From a virus (Duplodnaviria; Heunggongvirae; Uroviricota; Caudoviricetes), in the IMG/VR virus record IMGVR_UViG_3300013901_000006, positions 15,774 through 79,773 of that record: a stretch of 64,000 bases of DNA; one strand, written 5' to 3'. The notes under the pieces are model-generated. The model was given only the letters and a program-made list of their open reading frames with translations, had not been told where the DNA came from and searched no databases. The translations under genes were made by a program, and so were the position numbers. Every line of letters starts with the position of its first letter. Within the stretch, counting starts at the first letter, position 1. Below, piece by piece: positions 42,537-52,647 of the stretch.

Positions 42537-43770
42537 TGGTTCTTACAAAGAGTGGACACCAGATATGGTAGGAGCTGCTGCAAGTAGTCACACTCATGCT
42601 AAGGCTGATGTTGGATTAAGCAATGTAGATAATACGGCAGATGCAAATAAGTCTGTTAAATACGCAACGTCGGCTGGTAGCGCTACAACTGCTACTCAGC
42701 TATCCTCCTCTGCTGGTTCTACTACGCAGCCAGTATATTTTTCAAATGGAAAGCCAGTAGCAGCCACCGCATATTCAAGTGCTAGTGTAAATTATGCCAA
42801 TTCTTCCGGTTGGACGAAATCTTTAAATGGTGTAGCACATTATATTTCAACAGATACAAATACAGTACCTTATTATAGAATTGCAACGGTCGATACGAAT
42901 AGTTCTTATATGGATGCTTCTCTAGTTTTGTCACTAGACCAAGGATACCAAGACTCTTATTTTGGTATTTGCCGCATTTCTATGCGTACTGATGATATTG
43001 CTTCTGGTCAAACGGGGAGTTGCCATTGCGCTGTTGAATGGCTCGTTAATAACGGTATAGACAATTCAAAACTATTTTGTAATGTTTATTCTAAAGCTGG
43101 CGCCACTTGCTATGTAGACTTATATTTTAAAGCAACTAGTTCTTATGAAGGAGTTAACTTTAGAGTTATTTCGAATGGTTCAAGAGGTTCTAATGGTAGC
43201 ATTTGGGTACTGACAGGAGATGAACCAAGGGCTGCGGCAGATATTAGGACATATACGCAAACGAATGTCACAGCAAGTAATGTCGGTAGAGTAAACCATG
43301 CCAATAGCGCTGATAGCGCAAGTTCCGTTGTATGGACAAATGTCTCAGGCAGGCCATCAAGTATGCCCGCAAGCGATGTTTCATCTTGGGCAAAGGCATC
43401 ATCCAAACCTTCGTACTCTTGGAGTGAGATTTCATCTAAACCAACATTTGCCACTGTCGCTACAAGTGGTTCTTATAATGATTTATCTAATAAACCAACA
43501 ATTCCATCTGTAGGTAATGGTACTATTACAGTAACACAAGGTGGGACCTCCAAAGGTTCTTTTACGTTGAACCAATCTGGCAATGCAACCATCGCACTTA
43601 ACGACACAAATACTTGGAGAGGCGTTCAAAATAATTTAACTTCTACTGCGACCGATCAATCGCTCTCTGCGGCACAAGGTAAGATTTTAAATGATAAGTT
43701 AAATAGCCTTATTACTATTTCAAGCACTCAGCCAACAAGTAATGATTGTAAAATTTGGATTAAAATTTAA
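42511..43770 (+). CDS. Fibre extension / receptor-binding module
   Basis: 419 aa; N-terminal MPKAYYPVNGSYKEW, variable central domain, C-terminal QPTSNDCKIWIKI. Confidence 0.7.
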   Translation: MPKAYYPVNGSYKEWTPDMVGAAASSHTHAKADVGLSNVDNTADANKSVKYATSAGSATTATQLSSSAGSTTQPVYFSNGKPVAATAYSSASVNYANSSGWTKSLNGVAHYISTDTNTVPYYRIATVDTNSSYMDASLVLSLDQGYQDSYFGICRISMRTDDIASGQTGSCHCAVEWLVNNGIDNSKLFCNVYSKAGATCYVDLYFKATSSYEGVNFRVISNGSRGSNGSIWVLTGDEPRAAADIRTYTQTNVTASNVGRVNHANSADSASSVVWTNVSGRPSSMPASDVSSWAKASSKPSYSWSEISSKPTFATVATSGSYNDLSNKPTIPSVGNGTITVTQGGTSKGSFTLNQSGNATIALNDTNTWRGVQNNLTSTATDQSLSAAQGKILNDKLNSLITISSTQPTSNDCKIWIKI

Positions 43771-43786
43771 TAAAACTAGTTTAATT

Positions 43787-43820
43787 GAGGATTAGAAAAA
43801 TTTTCTAATCCTCTTTTTTT
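43787..43820 (+). terminator. Rho-independent terminator
   Basis: GAGGATTAGAAAA/TTTTCTAATCCTC stem + T7. Confidence 0.85.
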
Positions 43821-43903
43821 GTTGGACAAAAAAGTATAATTTACACTGTATTTCTTTCATATTTTATAGGCTATGTTGAAATAGAAAGGAATATTGCTGT
43901 AAT

Positions 43904-44431
43904 ATGGATGCTTTATCTCAATTATTTTCACAATATTCTTTGGAGACTATTATTATTTTGATAGTTTCGCTTGCGGTTGCTTTTAAATTTATTAGCGAAC
44001 TTGTTGAATATTTTTATGAGAAACTGAAAGCGTATTTCAATCATCAATCTGTGAAAGATAGAAAGCATTCTGAAATCATGGAAGGCTTAACCAATGTGCG
44101 GCAAGAGGTTTCAACTTTATCTTCTAAAATCAATGAACAATCAGAAGAGATTAAACAACTTAAAGAGCATGAAAAGCTAACCATGGAAAGGCTTCAAGAG
44201 AATTCTCGAAGCTATATTATAGATAAACACCACTATTTCTGTTATGAGATTAAAGCGATTGATGATTTAAATTTACAATCCTTGGAACGCAGATATTTAT
44301 ATTATAAAGCGGCAGGAGGAAATTCATTTATTGATGGTCTTATGGAAGAAATTCGTGAATTACCGAGGATAAATCTTTCTAATCCTCAAATAATTAAAAC
44401 TATACAAAGTGAAACCGAAAGGAGTGAATAA
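43904..44431 (+). CDS. Membrane protein, holin/XhlA-like
   Basis: Single N-terminal hydrophobic helix followed by a coiled coil. Confidence 0.4.
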   Translation: MDALSQLFSQYSLETIIILIVSLAVAFKFISELVEYFYEKLKAYFNHQSVKDRKHSEIMEGLTNVRQEVSTLSSKINEQSEEIKQLKEHEKLTMERLQENSRSYIIDKHHYFCYEIKAIDDLNLQSLERRYLYYKAAGGNSFIDGLMEEIRELPRINLSNPQIIKTIQSETERSE

Positions 44432-45250
44432 ATGAGTCAGGAATTAAAAGCAGTTACGGTTAATTTGAAATCACTTGACCAAGATATTCAAGACCCGATT
44501 GTTGCTGGTGGCGCTGATGCCAATGGCCGCACTTTTAGAATCATTTTCGACCAAGAAGCAGCTGCTCAAATTACTCCTGAAACTAAAGTATATCTTAGTT
44601 GGTTTCATCGCCAAAAGAAGGTAAAAGGATATAATGTCTTTACTCAGACCAATGATGACCCAATTATATGGGAAATTCATTGGCCGCAAGCGATGTTACT
44701 TGAAGGCGATGTGCTTTGTTGTATCGAACTGGTTGATAGTGTTTCAATTGCTCAGTCAACTAATTTTGTTGTACACGTATTATCTGACCCGAATGACGGT
44801 TCTTCTTTTGTCGTATCCGATGATTTCAGTTTATTTCAAAATGCGGTAATTCGTCTCAATTGCATCGGCGACCAGATGAAAAAGCAAATGATTGCTCAAA
44901 AAATTGAATTCGAAGATATGCTTCTTGAATTCGGTAAAGTTAAAGTCGCTGCCAAAGATGCGGTTGATACTGCCAATGCTGCTGCCGATAAAGCTGATAA
45001 AGCAGCTGAAAAGGCTGATGAGGCTATTGAACGAGTTGAGGCTATTGGCAATAAAGCTGATGAAACATTAGAAGAAGCTAAAAAGTCATTAGAAATTGTT
45101 GATGCTCGCATAGATTCTAAATTAGATAAAGATAAGTGTGGCATTGACTTTGATAATGATATTCAAACTATTAAAGATTATGTAGATAGACAGATTCAAA
45201 CTCCTCACTTGGAAATGATTAATTTCGATGAATTGGTAGAGGAGGATTAA
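44432..45250 (+). CDS. BppU-like baseplate upper / fibre-anchoring protein
   Basis: N-terminal ...DANGRTFRII... beta domain followed by an Ala-rich coiled coil. Confidence 0.5.
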   Translation: MSQELKAVTVNLKSLDQDIQDPIVAGGADANGRTFRIIFDQEAAAQITPETKVYLSWFHRQKKVKGYNVFTQTNDDPIIWEIHWPQAMLLEGDVLCCIELVDSVSIAQSTNFVVHVLSDPNDGSSFVVSDDFSLFQNAVIRLNCIGDQMKKQMIAQKIEFEDMLLEFGKVKVAAKDAVDTANAAADKADKAAEKADEAIERVEAIGNKADETLEEAKKSLEIVDARIDSKLDKDKCGIDFDNDIQTIKDYVDRQIQTPHLEMINFDELVEED

Positions 45251-45251
45251 A

Positions 45252-45683
45252 ATGGTTTATACTAATCTTTATACCGTTAGTGCTAAAAATTTAAGCAAGT
45301 TATCTGTTCGTGACGGTAATGTTATTTTTGTTACTGATAACGCCACTGTATGTTTAGACATTAATGGCGTACGCTATCCTTATAGAACAATTCAAACCTT
45401 TAAGACAGAAGAAGATAGAGAACAATATGCCTCTGTATTAGATGGTTATTATTATGTATTATCTTCAAACGTTATGTGGAATTTTTCTAATGGCTCTTGG
45501 AAGCAACTTACTCCCAGTAATCTAGAGCCTGTTGTGTTCGGCACAGATGTACACGATTTTCCAAAAGAAGGAAATCCGACAACTCTTTATATTGCAAATA
45601 AGGCTACATATAAATGGAGCGCGAGTACAAAAGAATATATTGCAGTTTCCAACCTAACCGAATGGAATGAATTCCAAGAATAG
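45252..45683 (+). CDS. Hypothetical fibre-associated protein
   Basis: 143 aa; ends in an FPKEGNPTTLYIANKATYKW motif shared with the fibres. Confidence 0.5.
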   Translation: MVYTNLYTVSAKNLSKLSVRDGNVIFVTDNATVCLDINGVRYPYRTIQTFKTEEDREQYASVLDGYYYVLSSNVMWNFSNGSWKQLTPSNLEPVVFGTDVHDFPKEGNPTTLYIANKATYKWSASTKEYIAVSNLTEWNEFQE

Positions 45684-45751
45684 AAGGTTATATAATCTTT
45701 AAAGAGATTTTATAATAAATATGTAAATCATACAAAAGAAAGGAAAATTAG

Positions 45752-47395
45752 ATGGCTCAAGTTAAATTTATTTCTTGCACCGCTGCCCAGTTTGCGGGTC
45801 TTGATAATAAAGATGCTGCTACCCTGTATTTCATCAGCGATTCTCGAACAATCTATAAAGGTGACGTTCCTTTCTCTGGTGGTATCTATAAAAAGGTTTC
45901 TGCTTTCCCCGAAACCGATACCGCAGAGGTAAACGTACTTTATATCCATGAAACTACTGGTGAAGTCCGTTTCTTTGATGGCGCTGCCTATCAGACAGTT
46001 GTCCTTCCAAAAGCTACCACTATTTCAGGTTCAAGCACTCATGGTGAATTCGCTACGGCTAAATCCGTTGCCGACTACGTAACCGAGACAGTCAAGAACC
46101 TCAATACCGGTGCTCTTGCTGACCGTGTTACTGCCGTTGAGGGTAAAACTGCTGCTAACGAATCTGCTATTGGCGTAATCAATGGCACTGGCGATGGCTC
46201 AATTAAGAAAGCTGCTTCCGATGCTCAGGCCGCTGCCGAGAAAACAGCCGCCGCTGATGCGACTGCAAAAGCCAATGCCGCTGAAACTAATGCCAAGAGC
46301 TATGCTGATACCAAGAAGACCGAAGCTGTAGCTGCCGCTAAGACTGAAACCACAAATCAGGTCTCTGCTGCTAAGACCGCTCTCGAAGGTGAAATCGCTA
46401 AGAAAGCTGACAAGGCTACAACTTTAGCTGGCTATGGCATTGGCGATGCTTACACCAAGACACAGACTGATTCTGCTATCGCTACAGCCGTTGCAAACGC
46501 CCATCACCTAAAGCGTGAAATTGTTAAAGCTCTTCCAGCAGTTAAAGCTGCCAATGAAGATACAATTTACATGGTCCCTGATGGCGGCGATGCTACAGTT
46601 GCTGGTTCAGCCAAGTCAATTTATACTGAATATATGCTTATCAATGGTGCCTTTGAGCGCATCGGTACCTCTGATACAGACCTTAGCAATTACTATACCA
46701 AAGGTCAAGTTGACACTGCCGTAAGCGATGCCAAGACTGCCGCTGCTAATGATGCTACTTCCAAAGCTAATGCTGCCAAGGAGGCCGCTATTGCTGCTGC
46801 TGCCACAGACGCTTCAACAAAGGCTAACGCTGCTCAGGCTGCTGCCGAAGCTACTGCCGCCACCAAGGCTTCTGATGCCGAGAAGGCTGCTAAGGATTAT
46901 GCTGATGGTCTAGCCAAGAATTATGCCACCGCCGCTCAGGGCGCTAAAGCTGATTCTGCGCTGCAGGCTGCTGATGTTATTGAAGGTACTACCAATGGCG
47001 CTATCTCTGTTAAGGGCACTGCCGTCAAGGTTCACGGTCTAGGTTCCGCTGCCTATGCTGGTACTGGTGATTTCGCTACTGCCGCACAGGGTGCTAAGGC
47101 TGACTCTGCTGTCCAGAAAAGCGATGTCGTTTCCGGTTCCGCTAACGGTACTATCTCAGTTCAGGGCAAAAACGTAGCTGTTAAAGGTCTTGGTTCTGCC
47201 GCATACGTTGCCACAAGCGCTTTCGATGCTGCTGGTTCTGCAAATGCTGCGCTTTCTAGCGCTAAGTCATACGCTGATACCAAGAAAACAGAAGCTGTTA
47301 ATGCTGCTGCTGCCGATGCTACTACAAAGGCCAATAATGCTCTTGCGTCTGCGAAAAAATATACTGATTCTGCTCTTACCTGGGGCACGCTCTAA
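45752..47395 (+). CDS. Ala-rich coiled-coil fibre protein
   Basis: 547 aa; repeated AAAADATTKAN and VKGLGSAAY units; capsid-like codon bias. Confidence 0.65.
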   Translation: MAQVKFISCTAAQFAGLDNKDAATLYFISDSRTIYKGDVPFSGGIYKKVSAFPETDTAEVNVLYIHETTGEVRFFDGAAYQTVVLPKATTISGSSTHGEFATAKSVADYVTETVKNLNTGALADRVTAVEGKTAANESAIGVINGTGDGSIKKAASDAQAAAEKTAAADATAKANAAETNAKSYADTKKTEAVAAAKTETTNQVSAAKTALEGEIAKKADKATTLAGYGIGDAYTKTQTDSAIATAVANAHHLKREIVKALPAVKAANEDTIYMVPDGGDATVAGSAKSIYTEYMLINGAFERIGTSDTDLSNYYTKGQVDTAVSDAKTAAANDATSKANAAKEAAIAAAATDASTKANAAQAAAEATAATKASDAEKAAKDYADGLAKNYATAAQGAKADSALQAADVIEGTTNGAISVKGTAVKVHGLGSAAYAGTGDFATAAQGAKADSAVQKSDVVSGSANGTISVQGKNVAVKGLGSAAYVATSAFDAAGSANAALSSAKSYADTKKTEAVNAAAADATTKANNALASAKKYTDSALTWGTL

Positions 47396-47427
47396 TTTAA
47401 ATTGATTATTTAATTTAAGGAGATTGT

Positions 47428-48243
47428 ATGTCTGCGGATATTAAATTCTATTCAGGTGTACAATCAGAATATGATGCTCTTGGCGCAAAAGTAGACCCAA
47501 ATGGAATCTATTTTATTTCTGATTCTAAGAGTATTATGAAAAATAATATCAAATATGGAAGTGGCGATGTAAAAGTCGCCACTTCTTCTGCCGCAGGTGT
47601 TATCAAGCCCGGCAATGATTTTGATATTACATCTGACGGTACACTTTCACTTTATAAAGCGATGTCCATTAGTACTTTTTCAAACAATACGGGCACGCTT
47701 GAACTAGGTTCTTCTATTTCATCTTCTACATTTTCTTGGAATTTGAATAAGCAACCTTCCAAATTGACCATTACAGCAGGTAGTCAGTCATCTGAAATCA
47801 TTAAAAGTCAATCAGGTTCTACAGCTTTGTCTTTCGCGTCTCCACTCAAAACTACAACTACGTTTACTTTGACGGCAACAGATGCTAGAAATTCTGTGTC
47901 TTCAAAACAATCCACTATTTATTTTTTAAATGGTAAATATTACGGAGTGAGTAACATTACTGACACATCTAAGATGGACGCGACTTTTGTCAAAGGATTG
48001 ACTAAGAATTTAGTTTCTGGGCGTACTGGTTCTTGGACAGTAACGGCTAATGCTGGTCAATATATTTATTTTGCAATTCCAACTTCTTTTGGGACTCCCG
48101 TATTCTATGTTGGCGGTTTTGAGGGCGGTTTTAGTAAAGTAAAAACTTTTGACTTTACAAATGCCAGTGGAGCAACTGCTTCGTATGACATTTATAAATC
48201 AACTAACGCTGGACTGGGCGCGACTACGGTAGAGGTGAGATAA
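47428..48243 (+). CDS. Fibre-associated protein with an Ig-like domain
   Basis: 271 aa, Ser/Thr-rich beta protein. Confidence 0.5.
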   Translation: MSADIKFYSGVQSEYDALGAKVDPNGIYFISDSKSIMKNNIKYGSGDVKVATSSAAGVIKPGNDFDITSDGTLSLYKAMSISTFSNNTGTLELGSSISSSTFSWNLNKQPSKLTITAGSQSSEIIKSQSGSTALSFASPLKTTTTFTLTATDARNSVSSKQSTIYFLNGKYYGVSNITDTSKMDATFVKGLTKNLVSGRTGSWTVTANAGQYIYFAIPTSFGTPVFYVGGFEGGFSKVKTFDFTNASGATASYDIYKSTNAGLGATTVEVR

Positions 48244-49004
48244 TGCCAATTCAATTAATTGATAAAATCAAGCAAAAAAATAATGGCACTTTTAAGCTCG
48301 TAGATGCGTCCGATATTAATTGGGACGTTGCTATTCCATCTGACAAAGTGCCTAGCGATTACGTTAAAAAAGATGCTATGGATTCAGCCATTGCCAACGC
48401 AGTTGCCGCAGCTCCGCATCTTAAACGAGTTGTTTTGGCAAAAGGCTCAACTCTTCCTTCTACTGGTGAAAATAACACAATCTATATGCTTCCTGATTTG
48501 TCTGAATCTGATAATGAATATACTGAATACTTTTGGGTTAATGGAAAATTTGAAAAATTAGGTGGCTCCAAAACAGATTTATCAAACTATCCGACCAAAA
48601 GTGAAATGAACACCGCTATCAGTTCAGCATCTGGTACAGCTTCATCTGACGCTCAGACTAAAGCAAATAAAGCTCTTTCAGATGCAAAAGCATATACAGA
48701 CCAAGAGAAGGCAAAATACTTGCCTCTTGCTGGCGGTATTTTAAGTGGTAAAGTTAAATATGCGGCGAATCAGTCAATTTCAGATGACAACGATTTGGCG
48801 ACAAAGGCATACGTGGACGCAAAAGCCGCTGGCGTAAAACCTGATGAAATGCTTACAGCAGACCAAATCACAATTGGTACCGAAAACGGTACGATTAAAG
48901 TTAAAGATAAATTGATTTCAGTCTTTGGACTAAAATCTGCTGCATTCCATGCGATAGAAGATTTTTTGACGCCAAATGATTTAACTTGGCACCCTATCTC
49001 ATAG
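48243..49004 (+). CDS. Fibre-associated protein, partly paralogous to 45752
   Basis: Shared HLKR.(I/V)V..LP.....N.IYM.P....YTEY..(I/V)NG.FE.(I/L)G.S.TDLSNY segment. Confidence 0.55.
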   Translation: MPIQLIDKIKQKNNGTFKLVDASDINWDVAIPSDKVPSDYVKKDAMDSAIANAVAAAPHLKRVVLAKGSTLPSTGENNTIYMLPDLSESDNEYTEYFWVNGKFEKLGGSKTDLSNYPTKSEMNTAISSASGTASSDAQTKANKALSDAKAYTDQEKAKYLPLAGGILSGKVKYAANQSISDDNDLATKAYVDAKAAGVKPDEMLTADQITIGTENGTIKVKDKLISVFGLKSAAFHAIEDFLTPNDLTWHPIS

Positions 49005-49017
49005 AAAATAATGTATT

Positions 49018-49707
49018 ATGAAAAAACCAATAAATTTTATTCAGGGGCAAGAAGACACAATAAAATCTCAAGAAGCAAACAAGAACATCAATGATGGTAC
49101 TATATATGTTTCTACGGATACTGGAGCAGTATATTTAGGTATACCAGATAGCAAATTGCTACAATTGAAAGCAGATTCTTCTGTAACGCTTGAAACAAAA
49201 GAGTCGATAATTCTAGAAGGGGACACTTCTAACAATATATGGCATTATCGATTCTATTCTAATGGTTTTGTTGATTATTATGGTAGGAATATGTATCTAA
49301 ACGTTTCTTGGCCCAAAATGACATGGAGAAGTGCATATGGTTGGGATTTATCAGACGTTAAATTTGCTGATTTTCCAGTAGCACTAAAAGATATTCGTTT
49401 TAAAAAAGCAGAATGCTTTCCCGAAAAGAAAGTGAAATTTGCGTCATCTTCTACAATGGGTCAAAATTTTTTATCTACATTAAGCTCTTATCCTTATATA
49501 GATGATGCTACTGGCAAATTTACATGTCCGGGTAATGTAAACTGTTATCGTCTTGAACCGTGCGATGCACAAAATGTATTCGCGGCATATTTTACTTCTG
49601 GTAATATTTGTGGCAAAGGCGACATTACAAGTATAATTGAATATAGAACAAAATTAGAAAATGCTATAAAAGCATATAATGAAACTGGCGTAAGTCAATT
49701 CATTTAA
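49018..49707 (+). CDS. Hypothetical protein
   Basis: 229-aa ORF. Confidence 0.5.
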   Translation: MKKPINFIQGQEDTIKSQEANKNINDGTIYVSTDTGAVYLGIPDSKLLQLKADSSVTLETKESIILEGDTSNNIWHYRFYSNGFVDYYGRNMYLNVSWPKMTWRSAYGWDLSDVKFADFPVALKDIRFKKAECFPEKKVKFASSSTMGQNFLSTLSSYPYIDDATGKFTCPGNVNCYRLEPCDAQNVFAAYFTSGNICGKGDITSIIEYRTKLENAIKAYNETGVSQFI

Positions 49708-49722
49708 TAAAGAATATACCTT

Positions 49723-52587
49723 TTGGACAGAAAGGATGTGAGCAAGATAGCAAGAGTAAAATTTATCAGAGATAAAGAACCTAATATCAAAGCCCTACAG
49801 TCTGCGAGTAAAGTCATCGATGGCGCACTTTATATTGCAACCGATACAGGTACTATGTGGATGGGCACTTCTACAGCCTCTCTGATTCAAATTAAAGATA
49901 ATATCAACTCTAATACTACTTACAATTTAACAAAAGACGGTAGTACTATTTATCTTAAAGGCAGCGATGGTTCAAGTTATAGCGTTACTGATTCAAACAC
50001 CGTCTATGGTAATGCTAGCACTAGTGCCGCAGGTCTTATGTCTGCAAGCGATAAATCAAAATTAGATGGTATCGCTAGCGGAGCTAATAATATTTCAGTT
50101 GACTCTGCACTTTCAAGTACTTCTACAAATCCTGTACAAAATAAAGTAATTAATTCTGCTCTTAGTGGCAAATCTAATACGGACCACAAGCATGTAAAAG
50201 CTGATATTACTGATTTTCCAACTTCAATGCCTGCATCGGATGTTGCCGCTTGGGCTAAGGCTGCAAGTAAACCATCTTATTCTAAGAGTGAAGTCGGTTT
50301 AGGTAATGTCGATAATACAGCGGATAGCCAAAAGAGCGTTAAATACGCAACGAGTGCTGGCAGCGCTACAAATGCAACCAATGCCGCATATCTTACTGCG
50401 CACGAGCTTACCAATCAAAATTTAAACGACATTAAAACTGTCGGCATTTATTTTGGTGTCGGCAGTAATACAGTTTCAAATAAGCCAAGTGGCGTTGATG
50501 CTTTTGGTCTTGAAGTTAAGAAAACCGCCAGCGGATATGTAGCACAAGTGCTTACAGAGGGTAACACGAGTGCCAATAAAACTTGGATTCGTCAATTTAA
50601 TAGTACCTCTTGGGGTGCTTGGGCTTACTATTTCGATTCAAGCCATGCTCCTTCTTGGAGTCAGGTAACAGGTAAGCCTAGTTTTGCCACTGTTGCGACT
50701 AGTGGTTCATATAACGACCTTTCAAATAAGCCATCTATTCCAACAGTCCCTGGCTCTCTAAAGAACCCAAATGCCTTAACGATTTCTCTTAACGGTACGT
50801 CCCAAGGTGCGTATGATGGTAGTGCTGCTAAATCAATCAATATCACTGCGTCTAATGTTGGTGCGGCAGCTGCTTCCCATACCCATACGAAGTCTCAGAT
50901 TACTGATTTTCCAACAAGTATGCCAGCTAGTGATGTCCCTTCATGGGCAAAAGCCGCGTCTAAACCTTCATATAGTTTCTCTGAGCTTGGCGGCACATTA
51001 GATGCATCTAAAATTAGCGGCACGATTTCAAGCTCAAATCTTCCTTCTTATGTTGACGACGTTCTTGAATATGATTCACTTTCCAAGTTCCCAACTACAG
51101 GTGAAGCTGGTAAGATTTACACAGCTAAAGATACCAATAAGATTTATCGTTGGAGCGGCACTGCCTATGTTGTGATTTCTGAAACAATTGCTCTAGGCAC
51201 TACCCATTCTACTGCTGGCTATGGTGATGAATCACGCGCGGCATATAATCACTCAACTGTGAAAAGTGGCAATCCGCACGGTGTTACTAAATCAGATGTT
51301 GGCCTTGGTAATGTTGAAAATAAATCTTCTGCTACTATTCGTAGTGAGTTAACTAAGGCAAATGTAACAACTGCTCTTGGATATACTCCTCCAACAGCTG
51401 ATACAAATACGCATTGGACAACTCGTATTGTAGCTGGTGCTGCCAGTGATACAGCTAATGCTGCTACTACGAATGGCAACACTCACATTAATGTTACAGA
51501 TGACAATACATTCCGCACTGGTGTGACCATTAAAGGCAGTGGAGCTACAAGTGTTACCTCTGACGCAAGTGGTAACATTACTATTTCATCTACTGATAAT
51601 AATACTTGGCGTGGAATTCAAAATAATTTAACATCAACAGCTACAGACCAGTCACTTTCTGCGGCACAAGGCAAGGTACTTAATGATAAGTTCGGTTCAT
51701 ATGTCCCCACTAGCCGCACAGTTAATGGAAAGGCTTTAACTGGCAATATTTCACTTAGCTATGGTGATGTTGGCGCTGCGGCATCCAATCACTCCCACTC
51801 TTATTTACCATTGAGTGGCGGCACTATGTCTGGCCGCATTCTCCGTGGCTCTGGTGGTAGTTTGATTTCCGCACGTAATAATGCTATTGCTTTTGGTACA
51901 ACATCTAATAAAGATTCATATAACCCAGTAGTAGGTCAAAAGACTCTCAAAGGCGCTTGGACTATCGGTAACTTATATGGAGATGAACGTTTGGCGTTTT
52001 CCTATGATACTGATACCAATTTCAATGCAGGTACAAATCAATCCACCGTTGTATATATGCCAGTAAGCGGGGGGCAGTTAGCCTTAACCTCACAGATTCC
52101 CTCTGTTGGCAACGGTACGGTTACCATTACGCAGAATGGAGCCACTAAAGGCACATTTACTATGAATCAGTCTGGTAACACAACAATCGCCCTAACTGAT
52201 AACAATACGGATACAAATACAACGTATTCTGCTGGCACTGGTTTATCTTTATCTGGTACTACTTTCAGTGTAAAGACTGGATTCACAACTTCTGGTAAAA
52301 ATTATAAAGTTAGTGCCGATAGTAGTGGCAATCTGTATGTTAATGTTCCTTGGACTGATAACAATACTACTTATGGTGCGGCAACTGGCTCAACTTTAGG
52401 TTTGGTTAAGACTGGTTCAAATATTACAAATTCTAGCGGTACGATTTCGCTTACTAAAGCGAACGTCACTGCGGCACTTGGTTACACTCCACCTACACAA
52501 GATACCAATACGTGGAGGCCAGAAGAGGTTATTGTGTCTTCTTCGCAACCAAGCGCAAGCACTTGTAAATTATGGATAAAGGTGTAG
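49723..52587 (+). CDS. Tail fibre protein B (start uncertain: TTG 49723, GTG 49738 or ATA 49747)
   Basis: 954 aa of fibre repeats (SMPASDV..WAKA.SKPSY, VGLGNVDNT, TANVTAALGYTPP); C-terminal QPSASTCKLWIKV. Confidence 0.75.
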   Translation: MDRKDVSKIARVKFIRDKEPNIKALQSASKVIDGALYIATDTGTMWMGTSTASLIQIKDNINSNTTYNLTKDGSTIYLKGSDGSSYSVTDSNTVYGNASTSAAGLMSASDKSKLDGIASGANNISVDSALSSTSTNPVQNKVINSALSGKSNTDHKHVKADITDFPTSMPASDVAAWAKAASKPSYSKSEVGLGNVDNTADSQKSVKYATSAGSATNATNAAYLTAHELTNQNLNDIKTVGIYFGVGSNTVSNKPSGVDAFGLEVKKTASGYVAQVLTEGNTSANKTWIRQFNSTSWGAWAYYFDSSHAPSWSQVTGKPSFATVATSGSYNDLSNKPSIPTVPGSLKNPNALTISLNGTSQGAYDGSAAKSINITASNVGAAAASHTHTKSQITDFPTSMPASDVPSWAKAASKPSYSFSELGGTLDASKISGTISSSNLPSYVDDVLEYDSLSKFPTTGEAGKIYTAKDTNKIYRWSGTAYVVISETIALGTTHSTAGYGDESRAAYNHSTVKSGNPHGVTKSDVGLGNVENKSSATIRSELTKANVTTALGYTPPTADTNTHWTTRIVAGAASDTANAATTNGNTHINVTDDNTFRTGVTIKGSGATSVTSDASGNITISSTDNNTWRGIQNNLTSTATDQSLSAAQGKVLNDKFGSYVPTSRTVNGKALTGNISLSYGDVGAAASNHSHSYLPLSGGTMSGRILRGSGGSLISARNNAIAFGTTSNKDSYNPVVGQKTLKGAWTIGNLYGDERLAFSYDTDTNFNAGTNQSTVVYMPVSGGQLALTSQIPSVGNGTVTITQNGATKGTFTMNQSGNTTIALTDNNTDTNTTYSAGTGLSLSGTTFSVKTGFTTSGKNYKVSADSSGNLYVNVPWTDNNTTYGAATGSTLGLVKTGSNITNSSGTISLTKANVTAALGYTPPTQDTNTWRPEEVIVSSSQPSASTCKLWIKV

Positions 52588-52594
52588 GTGTAAA

Positions 52595-52642
52595 ATGATA
52601 ATATGGAATTATACCCTTCTGGGGGGCATGGTGTGCCAATGA
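52595..52642 (+). CDS. Poly-G leader peptide L3 (G6 at 52621-52626)
   Basis: AGGTG SD; reads MIIWNYTLLGGMVCQ*. With G5/G8 the stop overlaps TTG 52648 (TTGGCTAA). Confidence 0.6.
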   Translation: MIIWNYTLLGGMVCQ

Positions 52643-52647
52643 TGTAA

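Noticed and set aside
1937-47388. Long antisense ORFs (e.g. 1937-2560, 19279-19875, 40487-40933, 47161-47388)
   Set aside because: Shadow frames of acidic or Ala/Ser-rich + strand genes with biased codons; no SD or recognisable motifs.
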